Origin: Eledone cirrhosa
Taxonomy: Eukaryota
NCBI GenBank assembly: GCA_964016885.1
Contig: OZ024741.1
Location: forward strand, 124,682,001-124,746,000
DNA: 64,000 bases
Reading direction: 5' to 3'
How positions within the stretch are numbered: position 1 is the stretch's first letter; the number at the start of each line of letters is the position of its first letter. Made by a program: the position numbers and the translations under genes. Positions 38,612 to 50,987 of this stretch are shown here, in pieces. Under the pieces are notes generated by a model that did no database searches, was not told the origin of the DNA, and was given only the letters and a program-made list of their open reading frames with translations.

Positions 38612-41600
38612 ATGGAGACTAGAACGTCATGTGACAGACTCTCACCCAACAGGTGCCCCCTGGCTCAGCAGCAGGAACCTGACTGTCAACGAAATACTGC
38701 TGATGTTGGAGGAAGAAGAAGAAGGAAAGGGGCCAGAACCAACTGGACGAAAGAATTGAATAGAACTGTTATGCAATGCTACCTGAAAAGTAACCCCAAG
38801 GAGAGGGGCTACAGGAGACGGATGCATAACATCTGGAACGAGATTGGTTTATTTAAATTAGATGAACAAAAATTGGCCGGGCAGGCTCGGGTAATAAGAA
38901 CTAATGGGTGGATAAGCGAGCTGGAACTGGAGGAACTGAGCAGAGAGAATGGCTTGGAGATGGCGGGTGTAGTATGCCAGACAAGCGAGCCGGCGGGAAA
39001 TGAAGGTGAGGAGGTCCTGAGAGCGAAGGAACCACCCGAAGCAGACAATGATCTGAATACTGAGATAAATAATACCTGGAACAGAGATACGGCCACTGAG
39101 GAGATGAATGCTGACGGGCTAGGACAAGATTCGGTTGACATCCTAAATTTAGTGGTAGATGAGTTGAACAATGATAGTGGGAGACCTATGAACCTAAGAT
39201 TTGTAGACAGGAAAAAGTTAAAAGAAACAACAGCTAAGGTAAACAAAGTCATCCCATACCTTGAGGCGAGGAGTCTTCACCAGTGCAACAATATCCTCAA
39301 AGCAACAGCAAATACGGTGAGGAAACTACTTGGTATAAAAGCGAGAGGAAACAACAGACAAGAAAGAGCAGAGCCGTGGTGGAAGAAGCGACTGAGTGGG
39401 CAAATCGGGGAAATGAGAAATGACATAGGAAAGCTTGAGTCACTACTGAATGGGACACTAAAAAACATAGGCACTAAAAATAGACTGGAAATAAAATACA
39501 AAACTAGGAGTAAAAAGCTAAATATTATCATAGAGGAATTGAAGCAACGCATTGTAGCAAAGAGTGCCAAAATCAGGCGATACGAGAACAGAGTCAGTCA
39601 GTATAAACAGAACCGCATGTTCGACAACAACCAGAAGATGCTGTTTGGACAGCTTGAGGGGAAAGAAAGAGGCACCGACTTGATCCCTGGGGCGGAACAA
39701 GCTAAAACATTCTGGAGAGGAATATGGGAGCAGGATGTTAGACACAATGCCCAGGCAGGGTGGATTGAGACAGTACAGAGGGAGATCGGTGAGCAGGCAC
39801 AGCAACAGACTGATTTGAGTATCACAGTTGAAACTCTTAAGGGGCAAGCCAAAAAACTAACCAACTGGAAATCACCAGGCCCAGATGGTGTGCAGGGGTA
39901 TTGGATTAAACATTTAACATCCCTCCACCCGAAGCTGACGGCCATGTTCAATGACTGCTTGGTGTCGGGTGAGGTGCCAGAGTGGTTGACAAAAGGTACC
40001 ACAGTTCTGATAATGAAAGACCAAATCAAGGGTAATGATGTCACCAACTATAGACCTATCACATGTCTGCCCGTAATGTGGAAACTGTTGACGAGCATTG
40101 TGTCTGAGGAAATCTACCATCACCTCCACACAAACAACTTGTTGCCGGACGAACAGAAAGGATGCCGAAAGAAGTCACGTGGTACAAAGGACCAGTTGCT
40201 TATTGATAAGATGGTAATGGGGAATTGCAGGAGGAGACACACTGATCTTGCCATGGGATGGATAGACTACAGAAAGGCATTTGACATGGTGCCTCATTCC
40301 TGGATCACCAAAAGCCTGGAGATCTTCAGGGTGGCAGATAACATCAGACAGTTGCTGGGCAGGAGTATGGGGTCCTGGGAGACAGAGTTGACATCAACTG
40401 GAGTATCCTTGGGAAGCGTGAAGATCAAGAGAGGTATCTTCCAGGGAGATAGCCTGTCCCCTCTGTTGTTTGTCCTTGCCCTGATGCCCTTGACCATTAT
40501 GCTGCGAAAAGTGAGAGCAGGATACAAGTTGGGAAGGGGAGAGCTTACCATCAATCACCTCCTCTTCATGGACGACCTTAAGCTCTTCGGGAAAAGTGAG
40601 AAGGAGTTGGATGTGCTTGTTGACACTGTCCGTATTTTCAGCAGTGATATATGTATGCAGTTTGGTATTGGTAAATGTGGAGTCATTGTGATGAGGAGGG
40701 GTAGGTTGAGCAGAAGTAACGGGATCCAGATACCAACAGGTGAGATGATAAAGGAAATTGACTCTGAGGAAGGATACAAGTATTTGGGCGTTCTGGAGGC
40801 TGATGGCATAAAGAACAAAAAAATGAAGGAATTGTTAAGAACTGAATACATTCGGAGAGTAAGGAGCGTATTGAAGTCACATCTGAACAGCAGAAATGCC
40901 ATAAGCGCAGTAAATTCCCGAGCTGTGTCTATTATTAGGTACAGTGCGGGAATTCTGAGATGGAATGTTGCTGAACAAAAAGAAATGGATAGGAAGACTA
41001 GGAAGCTATTGACTATCTACAACATGTTCCACAAGAGGAGTGATGTCGATAGACTCTACCTAAGGAGATCTGAGGGTGGAAGAGGTCTTATCAGCATAGA
41101 GGACTGTGTTCAGATGGAGAAAAACAACCTATACAAATACGTGACCTATAGTAAGGAGCCAATGCTCAGAGCTGTACTGAAGGAGGGGACAGTAGGCCAG
41201 GGGATACCCAAGGAGGAAATAACATCAAGGAGGAAGAGCAGCCTTAAGGGAAAATCCCTTCATAGTACCTTCTTTGAGAAAACTGAATTTAGAGATCCAC
41301 AGACATGGAACTGGTTGAGAAGAGGAGACCTCAAAAAGGCTACAGAAGGAATGCTAATGGCTGCGCAGGAGCAGGCCCTCAAAACGAAGTGGTTGAAGCA
41401 CCATATCTACAAGGAGGAGGCTAGCCCACTGTGCAGGATCTGTGGAGAGAGAGAGGAGACTGTGGCTCACATTGTGTCCGAGTGTAAACACCTAGCCCAG
41501 ACCCACTATAAGGGCTGGAGACACGATGTGATGGGCAGGGTGATCCACTGGCACCTGTGCAAAGTAAACAATCTACCACATTCTGAGAAATGGTATGAGC

Positions 41601-42004
41601 ATAGGCCAGAGGCGGTGATGGAGAACAATCAGGTGAAGGTGCTGTGGGATTTTAGGATACAGACGGACAAAAAACTGGAACACAATAGACCTGACCTGGT
41701 GGTTGTGGACAAAGAAAAAAGATCGTGCCTGATTGTGGATGTGGCCTGCCCGTTCGACACGAGAGTGCAAGAGAAGGAGAGGGAGAAAATTGACCGATAC
41801 CAGGACCTAAAGTGGGAGGTGAAAAGGATTTGGAACTGCCATGAAGTCAAAGTGATCCCGATTGTCATAGGCGCACTGGGGACTATCTCCAAAGGTTTCC
41901 AGGGATGGTTAAAGAAAATCGGCCCCTTCACGCTTTTTGGAACGCTTCAAAAGGCATGCTTGCTTGGAACGGCAAGAACCCTCCGATACGTCCTGAATAT
42001 CTGA
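38612..42004 (+). CDS. R4/Dong-type polyprotein: Myb-like N-terminus, RT, CCHC knuckle, restriction-like endonuclease
   Basis: 1130 aa open; WTKELN, KSPGPDG, YRPITCL, IDYRKAFD, QGDSLSP, FMDD, CRIC..H..C, RHD, RPD..D..P..K. Confidence 0.95.
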   Translation: METRTSCDRLSPNRCPLAQQQEPDCQRNTADVGGRRRRKGARTNWTKELNRTVMQCYLKSNPKERGYRRRMHNIWNEIGLFKLDEQKLAGQARVIRTNGWISELELEELSRENGLEMAGVVCQTSEPAGNEGEEVLRAKEPPEADNDLNTEINNTWNRDTATEEMNADGLGQDSVDILNLVVDELNNDSGRPMNLRFVDRKKLKETTAKVNKVIPYLEARSLHQCNNILKATANTVRKLLGIKARGNNRQERAEPWWKKRLSGQIGEMRNDIGKLESLLNGTLKNIGTKNRLEIKYKTRSKKLNIIIEELKQRIVAKSAKIRRYENRVSQYKQNRMFDNNQKMLFGQLEGKERGTDLIPGAEQAKTFWRGIWEQDVRHNAQAGWIETVQREIGEQAQQQTDLSITVETLKGQAKKLTNWKSPGPDGVQGYWIKHLTSLHPKLTAMFNDCLVSGEVPEWLTKGTTVLIMKDQIKGNDVTNYRPITCLPVMWKLLTSIVSEEIYHHLHTNNLLPDEQKGCRKKSRGTKDQLLIDKMVMGNCRRRHTDLAMGWIDYRKAFDMVPHSWITKSLEIFRVADNIRQLLGRSMGSWETELTSTGVSLGSVKIKRGIFQGDSLSPLLFVLALMPLTIMLRKVRAGYKLGRGELTINHLLFMDDLKLFGKSEKELDVLVDTVRIFSSDICMQFGIGKCGVIVMRRGRLSRSNGIQIPTGEMIKEIDSEEGYKYLGVLEADGIKNKKMKELLRTEYIRRVRSVLKSHLNSRNAISAVNSRAVSIIRYSAGILRWNVAEQKEMDRKTRKLLTIYNMFHKRSDVDRLYLRRSEGGRGLISIEDCVQMEKNNLYKYVTYSKEPMLRAVLKEGTVGQGIPKEEITSRRKSSLKGKSLHSTFFEKTEFRDPQTWNWLRRGDLKKATEGMLMAAQEQALKTKWLKHHIYKEEASPLCRICGEREETVAHIVSECKHLAQTHYKGWRHDVMGRVIHWHLCKVNNLPHSEKWYEHRPEAVMENNQVKVLWDFRIQTDKKLEHNRPDLVVVDKEKRSCLIVDVACPFDTRVQEKEREKIDRYQDLKWEVKRIWNCHEVKVIPIVIGALGTISKGFQGWLKKIGPFTLFGTLQKACLLGTARTLRYVLNI

Positions 42005-42090
42005 GGCTGCAGGTAGTGGCTTGATATTCAATCCAACGGACTTTCCAGTTAACCAACATCAATGACTGAGATTCAAGGAATAACAATAAC

Positions 42091-42128
<38 letters not shown>

Positions 42129-45100
42129 GAAGAAGATAATAAAGAAGTCCTTGAGGCTTTCTACACTGCCATGTACTACCCATCAAATACATCGAATACA
42201 GAGCAAACATATATCAACTGGAAAAAGAAACATCCCGAAAACAGAGGCTATATTGACAGTAACAAACTAGCCAATATACGAAGAAATATTGTAAGAAAAA
42301 AGTTACTAACTGATATAGAAATTGATCAGATCAAGCTAGTAGCACAAAGTCAGCGAAGGGAAAATGAAGCATGTGTCAGTGAAAACGAGGTAAACTGTAA
42401 CACTTCGAATCCCAGAGTTGGGGCGGAATCACTGGCAACAGAACAAATTAAAGAAAGGAGCGAAAAAGTGGAGGGAGTGCATGCTCAGGATGAAACTCCA
42501 AATGAAAATAATGAGATCGTAAATGATAAAGAAATGAATGAGAATGAACTTGCCAACTTGAAGGATGAAATTATGATCGAATGGATGAAAATGAAAGAAT
42601 CTGACATGGGGGAACGAGACACCCTCCCTAAGATCCAGAACTCCAAACAGAACCAAAAGATAATACACAAGACTAACATAATTCTCAAAAACATTATCAT
42701 CACAAACAAAATAAACATTACTGACTTAAATCATCTCTATTATGCATCGGCTAAAGTCACCACTCACTTATGTGGAGTGAAGATGAAAAAACAAAGGAAT
42801 TCCCACAAGAAATCTACTTGGCAAGATAACATCAATCGCCAAATAAACCTTCTCCGATCTGACATAGAAATTTTAACAAACTATAAAGTAGGTGAACATG
42901 TTAAACAAACTAAACTTAGAAAATTAAAAAAAAAGTACAGTATAAGATCAACATGTGACATAGACATGCTGATAGAAACAATCAAGCAAAAAGTGTCGGC
43001 CAAAGCTGCTCGTATAAGGCGCTTTGAAAAACGATCTAGATTCTATAAGGACAATAATATGTTCAAAAACAACCAAAGAAACTTCTACAGAAAAATTGGT
43101 AAGTCAACAATAACTGCTAAATCAATACCACCCAAGGAGGAAGTGCAAGAATTCTGGGAAAAGATCTGGGCCGAAGAAAAAGTTCATAACATACATGCCC
43201 CATGGATAGACAGACAAATGAAAGAAACAGCTCACCTTGAAGAACAAACATGGGAAAATATAACAGTTGAACAGCTGCGCTTGGCTCTAAGAAAAACCAG
43301 CAAATGGAAATCCCCAGGAAAAGACAAAATACAAAACTTTTGGATAAATGCCTTCACAGAGTCTCATGAGCTGTTAGCCCAACTTTACAATGAAATAGTT
43401 AAGGAGCCAGAAAAGATACCATCATGGCTAGTTAACGGCATTACATTCCTGCTACCGAAGAATGATGAGACAAACAATCCCAAAAATTACAGACCGATAA
43501 CCTGCTTGACCACAATGTATAAAATTTTAACATCAGTCCTAACTGAATACACATATGACCACCTGATAACAAATGACCTATTTCCCATTGAGCAGAAAGG
43601 GTGTAAACGAGGCTCATATGGCTGTAAGGATCAGCTTCTGGTTAACAAAATGATACTGGAAGATTGTCATAATAGACACAAAAATCTATCGATTGCTTGG
43701 ATAGATTATAAAAAAGCATTTGATAGTTTGCCACACAGTTGGATTGAAAAATGTTTAGAGATTTTCAAAATATCCCCCGTTGTCAGGAGGTTTTTGTCAT
43801 TCAGTATGAGGACATGGAGAACGACACTCCTTTTGAATAGTGAAACAAAATCACTGGAAGCTGGAGAAGTTAACATTAATTGTGGAATTTTTCAGGGTGA
43901 CTCTTTATCACCGCTTTTATTCTGCATCGCACTTATACCATTAAGTAAAATGCTCAATGAAACAAAACATGGATATAGAGTCTATGACAAAACCATTAAT
44001 CACCTGTTCTACATGGATGACCTGAAACTATTTGCAAAAAATGATGAACAATTGCAAGGGCTATTATCCACTGTGAAGCAGTTCAGTGATGACATTAAAA
44101 TGGAGTTTGGACTGGATAAATGCGCCAAAGCAACGTTCACCAGAGGAAAGCTGCTGAAGAGTTCAGACATTAATCTTGATCGGGGGAACGTGATAAGAGA
44201 GCTTGATCAAGAACAAACTTACAAATATCTAGGTGTTTGTGAAGGAGACGGAATCAAGCACTCGACAATGAGGGAAAGGATAAGGAAGGAATGTTACCGC
44301 AGAGTCAGAGCAATCTTAAGAACGGAATTGAATGCAAGGAATAGGATCGATGCCATAAACACGCTTGCCATACCAGTAGTAACCTACAGTTACAATGTCA
44401 TCAACTGGTCAAGCACAGAGATCCGTAGGCTCGATACAAAAATCCGAAAATTCTTAACCATGCACAGAATGCATCACCCTAAGGCAGACATAGATAGAAT
44501 ATATCTCCCTAGGAAAGAAGGAGGACGTGGGTTAATCCAGTTAGACATTGCGTTGAAAACTGCAACAATTGGATTATCCACATATCTAAGGGAATCACAT
44601 GATTGGATGATCAAACTCGTTTTGAAACACGAAAGCACCAAAAGATCATATTCCATTACAAAAGATGCACAAAGATACAGTAATGGACTACAAATTTCAG
44701 AAGTCCCATTTACTGCTGAAATGGAAAACACAGAAAAAGCAAAGCAGGTAAAAGTAACTGCAAAGAAAGAACTGCTACAGAAACTGGCTAAGAAATGGCA
44801 AGAAAAGCCTCTGTATGGAAAATACCCAGAGCGAGCTAACAATCCTGATGTTGACAAAACTTTAACCCATCAGTGGTTGGCATCCTCTGGACTGAAATCG
44901 GAGACTGAAGGACTGATTATATCCGCACAAGATCAGTGTCTGCCAACAAAAAATTACCAAGCCAACATAATAAAAAATGGGTGAAGCCCACTATGCCGTG
45001 TATGCAAAAAACAACCAGAGACCATTGACCATATAATTTCAATGTGCAGTCCTATAGCTCCAACCGAATACCTAAACAGGCATGACAGAGCTGCACAATA

Positions 45101-45700
45101 CATACATTGGATAATGTGTAAGCATTTTGACCTGCCCCATCAAAAGAATTGGTGGGAGCATCAACCACCTCCCATACTTGAAAAAGATCACATCTCAATC
45201 TTGTGGAACTTTAGCATCCTAACAGACCGAAAAATAGATGCAAATAGACCTGATATAATATTGAAGGACTTTCAAAGGAGGGTATGCCTGCTAATTGATA
45301 TGTCTGTTCCAATAGACAAGAATGTATCTATAAAAACATTTGAAAAATTGAGCAAGTATAAGGACCTGGAGATAGAAATTGGAAAAATGTGGAAATTGAG
45401 AACTAAAACAATACCAGTGGTTGTAGGCGCTCTGGGAATGATACCTAAGGGGTCTAACGACTACTTATCGCAAATCCCAGGAAACCCGCGTATAGGAGAA
45501 ATACAAAAGATAGTACTAATGGGAACTGCCCATATACTAAGGAAGATCCTGTCAATATAAGTACATCACAAGTCTAAACACTAAGGATGCATGTGTGAAT
45601 ATGTGTGTTCTTTCTTGAACATGGCGGACCTTGTTGTCTCTTGAGGTCACTGGTTGTGACTTGGTGATAACTCGTATAAACATAAAGCAAGATAAATGCA
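42129..45700 (+). mobile_element. 5'-truncated R4/Dong-type element, family B, inserted in the A1 tail
   Basis: Divergent RT-RLE; begins and ends in (AAT)n. Confidence 0.92.
42171..45560 (+). pseudogene. Dong-B RT-RLE ORF with one in-frame TGA
   Basis: YMDD, QGDSLSP; the stop at 44982-44984 is followed in frame by SPLCRVC..H..C, RHD and RPD. Confidence 0.9.
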
Positions 45701-45726
45701 AATAATAATAATAATAATAATAATAA

Positions 45727-48700
45727 CAATTCTTAGTACAAATGTTACGTAAAGCATCCGGCTTGAGCCCCAAAAAAATTCGGACCCAAAATATATTGTT
45801 ATAAGGCTCAAATATTCAACTTTGTATTGTACATTGTATATTCAAAAAAGAAAATGACTATGAATGGAAGAAGAAGAACCCCACCCCCCTCCTCTGTCTA
45901 CACTATATAGAACAGCCAAACAACAGCAATTTCACCAACACCAGAAACTAGATACACCACCTACCCCATCACCCCTATGTGTACACTAAACACAACAGCC
46001 AGATAACGGCAATTTCACCACCACCACAACCAAACTCAACATAATAATGATAATAATAATTACTATTATTATTGCCCCAAGTTTTAACAAAATGTTTAAT
46101 TCCAACATTAAGGGAATTTATGTCAACACATGTACGCGACTAGCCCCATTGATTCACCGAACGGACATCAGTAACGACAACGCCATCACTACAATCACCG
46201 CCGCCGCCGCCCATCCATCATCACTACCACTATCCCATCACCGCCGCTACCACTCCTTCATTGCTACCACCGCTACCCCCCCCCCCCCCCCACTACTTTC
46301 TGTTAACTTACGAAAGGGGAAGATGGCGATATCACTAGACAATATTGATAAACAAGATTAATATTTAATTTTGGATCAGGAATGTTGGAGTCGAAAATGG
46401 CAAAATGACTAAACGACTACAGATTATTATTTCACCACCAATACCACCACCACTGCCACGATGAAAACTCTGGTCGAATCGACTCAAACTTATACCCCAA
46501 CTACGACACCATCACTACAGTAATACGATCACATCACCACCACTACTAAACGACTACAGATTATTATTATTTCACAACCAATAACACCACCACTACCACG
46601 ATGAAAACTCTGGTCAAATCGACTCAAATTTATACCCCAACTACAACACCATCACTACAGTAATACGATCACATCACCACCACCACTGCCTCAGTATCGC
46701 TACCGCCGCTATTCTCTCCCATTACCTCCTGCTGCTAGCACAGCAACGCCACCACATTGTAGAATTCCTACTAAAAAAGAGGAAGGCATCAAAATATATA
46801 GATAGACTCAAAAGGAAAAACAAAAATCAAAATCAAAGCAGCACAGCAACAACAAAAAAAAAACAAAAAAAAGCAGACAAAAAAAACAAAAACAAAAAAA
46901 CGTAAAGAAAATAAGAATGAAGGGAGAAACAAACGGACGGACAGAGAAGGGAAGGGAAAAACTAAGTCAGACATTCGAACACTACATTACAATGAAACTT
47001 ATGCTTATTCATTTTTGGGTTTTTTCTGCCTGTTTGTTGTGTTTGTTTATTTGTGTTCGTCTACAGCGTGATAATGCCACACAAGAGCCACGGGGAGCGA
47101 CGCAACAACCGGAGACGGTGAATCCACCGGTGGTTATGTAACCATATATTCGCCAATCCTCGATAAGAGTGTTTAAATGTCGAACTTAAACAGTTCGAAT
47201 AACGGTGAAATAGAGACTAGAACGTCATGTGACAGACTCTCACCCAACAGGTGCTCCCTGGCTCAGCAGCAGGGACCTGGCTGTCAACCAAATACTGCTG
47301 GTGTCGGAGGAAGAAGAAGCAGGAAAGGGACCAGAACCAACTGGACAAAAGAATTGAATAGAACTGTTATGCAATGTTACCTGAAAAGTAACCCCAAGGA
47401 GAGGGGCTATAGGAGACGGATGCATAACATCTGGAACGAGATTAGTCTATTTAAATTAGATGAACAAAAATTGGCCGGGCAGGCTCGGGTAATAAGAACT
47501 AATGGTTGGATAAGCGAGCTGGAACTGGAGGAACTGACCAGAGAGATTAGCTTGGAGATGGAGGGTGGAGTATGCCAGGCAAACGAGCCAGTGGGAAATG
47601 AAGGTGAAGAGGTCGAGAGAACGGAGGAACCACCCGAAGCAGACAATGATCTGAATACTGAGATAAATAATACCTGATACAGAGATACGGCCACTGAGGA
47701 GATGAATGGTGACGGGTTAGGACAAGATTTGGTTGACATCCTCAATTTAGTGGTAGATGAATTGAACAATGATAGTGGGAGACCTATGAGCCTAAAATTT
47801 GTAGACAGGAAAAAGTTAAAAGAAACAACAGCTAAGGTAAACAATGTCAACCCATACCTTGAGGCGAGGAGCCTTCACCAGTGCGACAATATCCTCAAAG
47901 CAACAGCAAATACGGTGAGGAAACTATTTGGTATAAAAGCGAGAGGAAACAACAGACAAGAAAGAGCAGAGCCTTGGTGGAAGAAACGACTGAGTGGTCA
48001 AATCAGGGAAATGAGAAATGACATTGGAAAGCTTGAGTCACTACTGAATGGGACACTAAAAAACATAGACACTAAAAATAGACTGGAAATAAAGTACAAA
48101 ACTAGGAGGAAAAAGCTAAATATTATCATAGAGGAACTGAAGCAACGCATTGTAGCAAAGAGTGCAAAAATCAGGCGATACGAGAACAGAGTCAGTCAGT
48201 ATAAACAGAACCGCATGTTTGACAACAACCAGAAGATGCTGTTTGGACAGCTTGAGGGGAAAGAAAGAGGCAACGACTTGATCCCTGAGGCGGAACAAAC
48301 TAAAACATTCTGGAGAGGAATATGGGAGCAGGATGTTAGACATAATGACCAGGCAGTGTGGATTGAGACAGTACAGAAGGAGATCAGTGAACAGGCACAC
48401 CAACAAACTGATTTGAGTATCACAGTTGAAACTCTTAAGGGGCAGGCCAAAAAACTAACCAACTGGAAATCACCAGGCCCAGATGGTGTGCAGGGGTATT
48501 GGATTAAAGATATAACATCCCTCCACCCGAAACTGACAACCATGTTCAATGACTGCTTGATGTCAGGTGAGGTACCAAAGTGGTTGACAAAAGGTACCAC
48601 AGTTCTGATAATGAAAGACCGAATCAAGGGTAATGATGTTACCAACTATAGACCTATCACATGTCTGTCCGTAATGTGGAAACTGTTGACGAGCATTGTG

Positions 48701-50673
48701 TCTGAGGAAATCTACCATCACATCAACACAAACAACTTGTTACCGGACGAACAGAAAGGATGCCGAAAGAAGTCACGTGGTAGAAAGGACCAGTTACTTA
48801 TTGATAAGATGGTAATGGGGAATTTGCAGGAGGAGACACACTGATCTGGCCATGGGATGGATAGACTACAGAAAGGCATTTGACATGGTGGCTCATTCTT
48901 GGATCACCAAAAGCCTGGAGATCTTCAAGGTGGCAGATAACATCAGACAGTTGTTGGGCAAAAGTATGAGGTCCTGGGAAACAGAGTTGACATCAACTGG
49001 AGAATCCTTGGGAAGCGTGAAGATCAAGAGAGTATCTTCCAGGGAGATAGCCTGTCCCCTCTGCTGTTTGTCGTTGCCCTGATGCCCCTGACCAGTGTAC
49101 TGCGAAAAGTGAGAGCAGGATACAGGTTGGGAAAGGGAGGGCTTACCATCAATCACCTCCTCTTCATGGACGATCTTAAGCTCTTCGGGAATAGTGAGAA
49201 GGAGTTGGATGTGCTTGTTGACACTGTCCGTATTTTCAGCAGTGATATATGTATGCAGTTTGGTATTAGTAAGTGTGGAGTCATTGTGATGAGGAGAGGT
49301 AGGTTGAGCTGAAGTAACGGAATCCAGATACCAACAGGTGAGATGATAAAGGAAATTGACTCTGAGGAAGGATACAAGTATTTGGGCGTTCTGGAGGCTG
49401 ATGGCATAAAGAACAAAAGAATGAAGGAATTGTTAAGAACTGAATACATTCGGAGAGTAAGGAGCGTAATGAAGTCACATCTGAACAGCAGAAATGCCAT
49501 AAGCGCAATAAATTCCCGAGCTGTGTCTATTATTAGGTACAGTGCGGGAATCCTGAGATGGAATGTTGCTGAACAAAAAGAAATGGATAGGAAGACTAGG
49601 AAGCTATTGACTATCTACAACATGTTCCACAAGAGGAGTGATGTCGATAGACTCTACTTAAGGAGATCTGAGGGTGGAAGAGGTCTTATCGGCATAGAGG
49701 ACTGTGTTCAGATGGAGAAAAACAACCTACACAAATACGTGATGATAGTAAGGAGCCAATGCTCAGAACTGTACTGAAGGAGGGGACAATAGGCCAGGGG
49801 ATGTCCAAGGAGGAAATAACATCAAGGAGAAAGACCAGCCTTCAGGAAAAATCCCTTCATAGTACCTTCTTTGAGAAAACTGAATTTAGAGATCCACAGA
49901 CATGGAACTGGTTGAAAAGAGGAGACCTTAAAAAGGCTACAGAAGGAATGTTAATGGCTGCGCAGGAGCAGGCCCTCAAAACGAAGTGGTTGAAACACCA
50001 TATTTACAATGAGGAGGCTAGCCCACTGTGCAGGATCTGTGGAGAGGGAGAGGAGACTGTGGCTCACATTGTATCCGAGTGTAAACACCTAGCCCAGACC
50101 CACTATAAGGGCTGGAGACATGATGTGATGGGCAGGGTGATCCACTGGCACCTGTGCAAAGTAAACAATTTACCACATTCTGAGAAATGGTATGAGCATA
50201 AGCCAGAGGCGGTGATAGAAAACGATCAGGTGAAGGTGCTGTGGGATTTTAGGATACAGACGGACAAGAAACTGGAACACAATAGACCTGACCTGGTGGT
50301 TGTGGACAAAGAAAAAAGATCGTGCCTGATTGTGGATGTGGCCTGCCCATTCGACACGAGAGTGCAAGAGAAGGAGAGGGAGAAAATTAACCGATACCAG
50401 GACTTAAAGTGGGAGGTAAAAAGGATTTGGAACTGCTATGAAGTCAAAGTGATCCCGATTGTCATAGGCGCACTGGGGACTATCTCCAAAAGTTTCCAGG
50501 GATGTTTAAAGAAAATCGGCCCCTTCACGCTTTTTGGAACGCTTCAAAAGCATGCTTGCTGGGAACAGCAAGAACCCTCCGATACGTCCTGAATATATGA
50601 GGCTGCAGGTAGTGGCTTGATATTCATTCCAACGGACTTTCCAGTTAACTAACATCAATGACTGAGACTCAAG

Positions 50674-50674
<1 letters not shown>
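45727..50674 (+). pseudogene. Dong family A copy 2, disrupted
   Basis: ORF fragments 47177-50592 are homologous to 38612-42004; multiple stops and frameshifts; (AAT)n tail 50675-50725. Confidence 0.93.
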
Positions 50675-50727
<53 letters not shown>

Positions 50728-50987
50728 TTTCTTTATTAACCACAAGGGTTTACATAAAGTAGACATTAAGGACAGTGCAGGACAATGCAGGACAGTACAA
50801 ATGGGCATTTCTGCGTGTAAAAAAACAAAAACAGAGGATGTAACAAAAATAACAATGAAAATAACAATGAAAAATTCCCCAATAGGGGGGAGACTTCGGA
50901 GGGACATTTGTGGAGAAAGCCCAGTAAAAAGCCACAATGACCCTGACCACCAAGGCAAGTGCCCTCTCCCAGTTTTCCACCTTTAGT

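Larger units (their letters stand above)
37205..42078 (+). mobile_element. Apparently full-length R4/Dong-type element, family A, copy 1
   Basis: Bounded by (TAA)n; the long 5' region is shared with 45727-47170; intact ORF; 3' UTR followed by (AAT)n. Confidence 0.85.
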
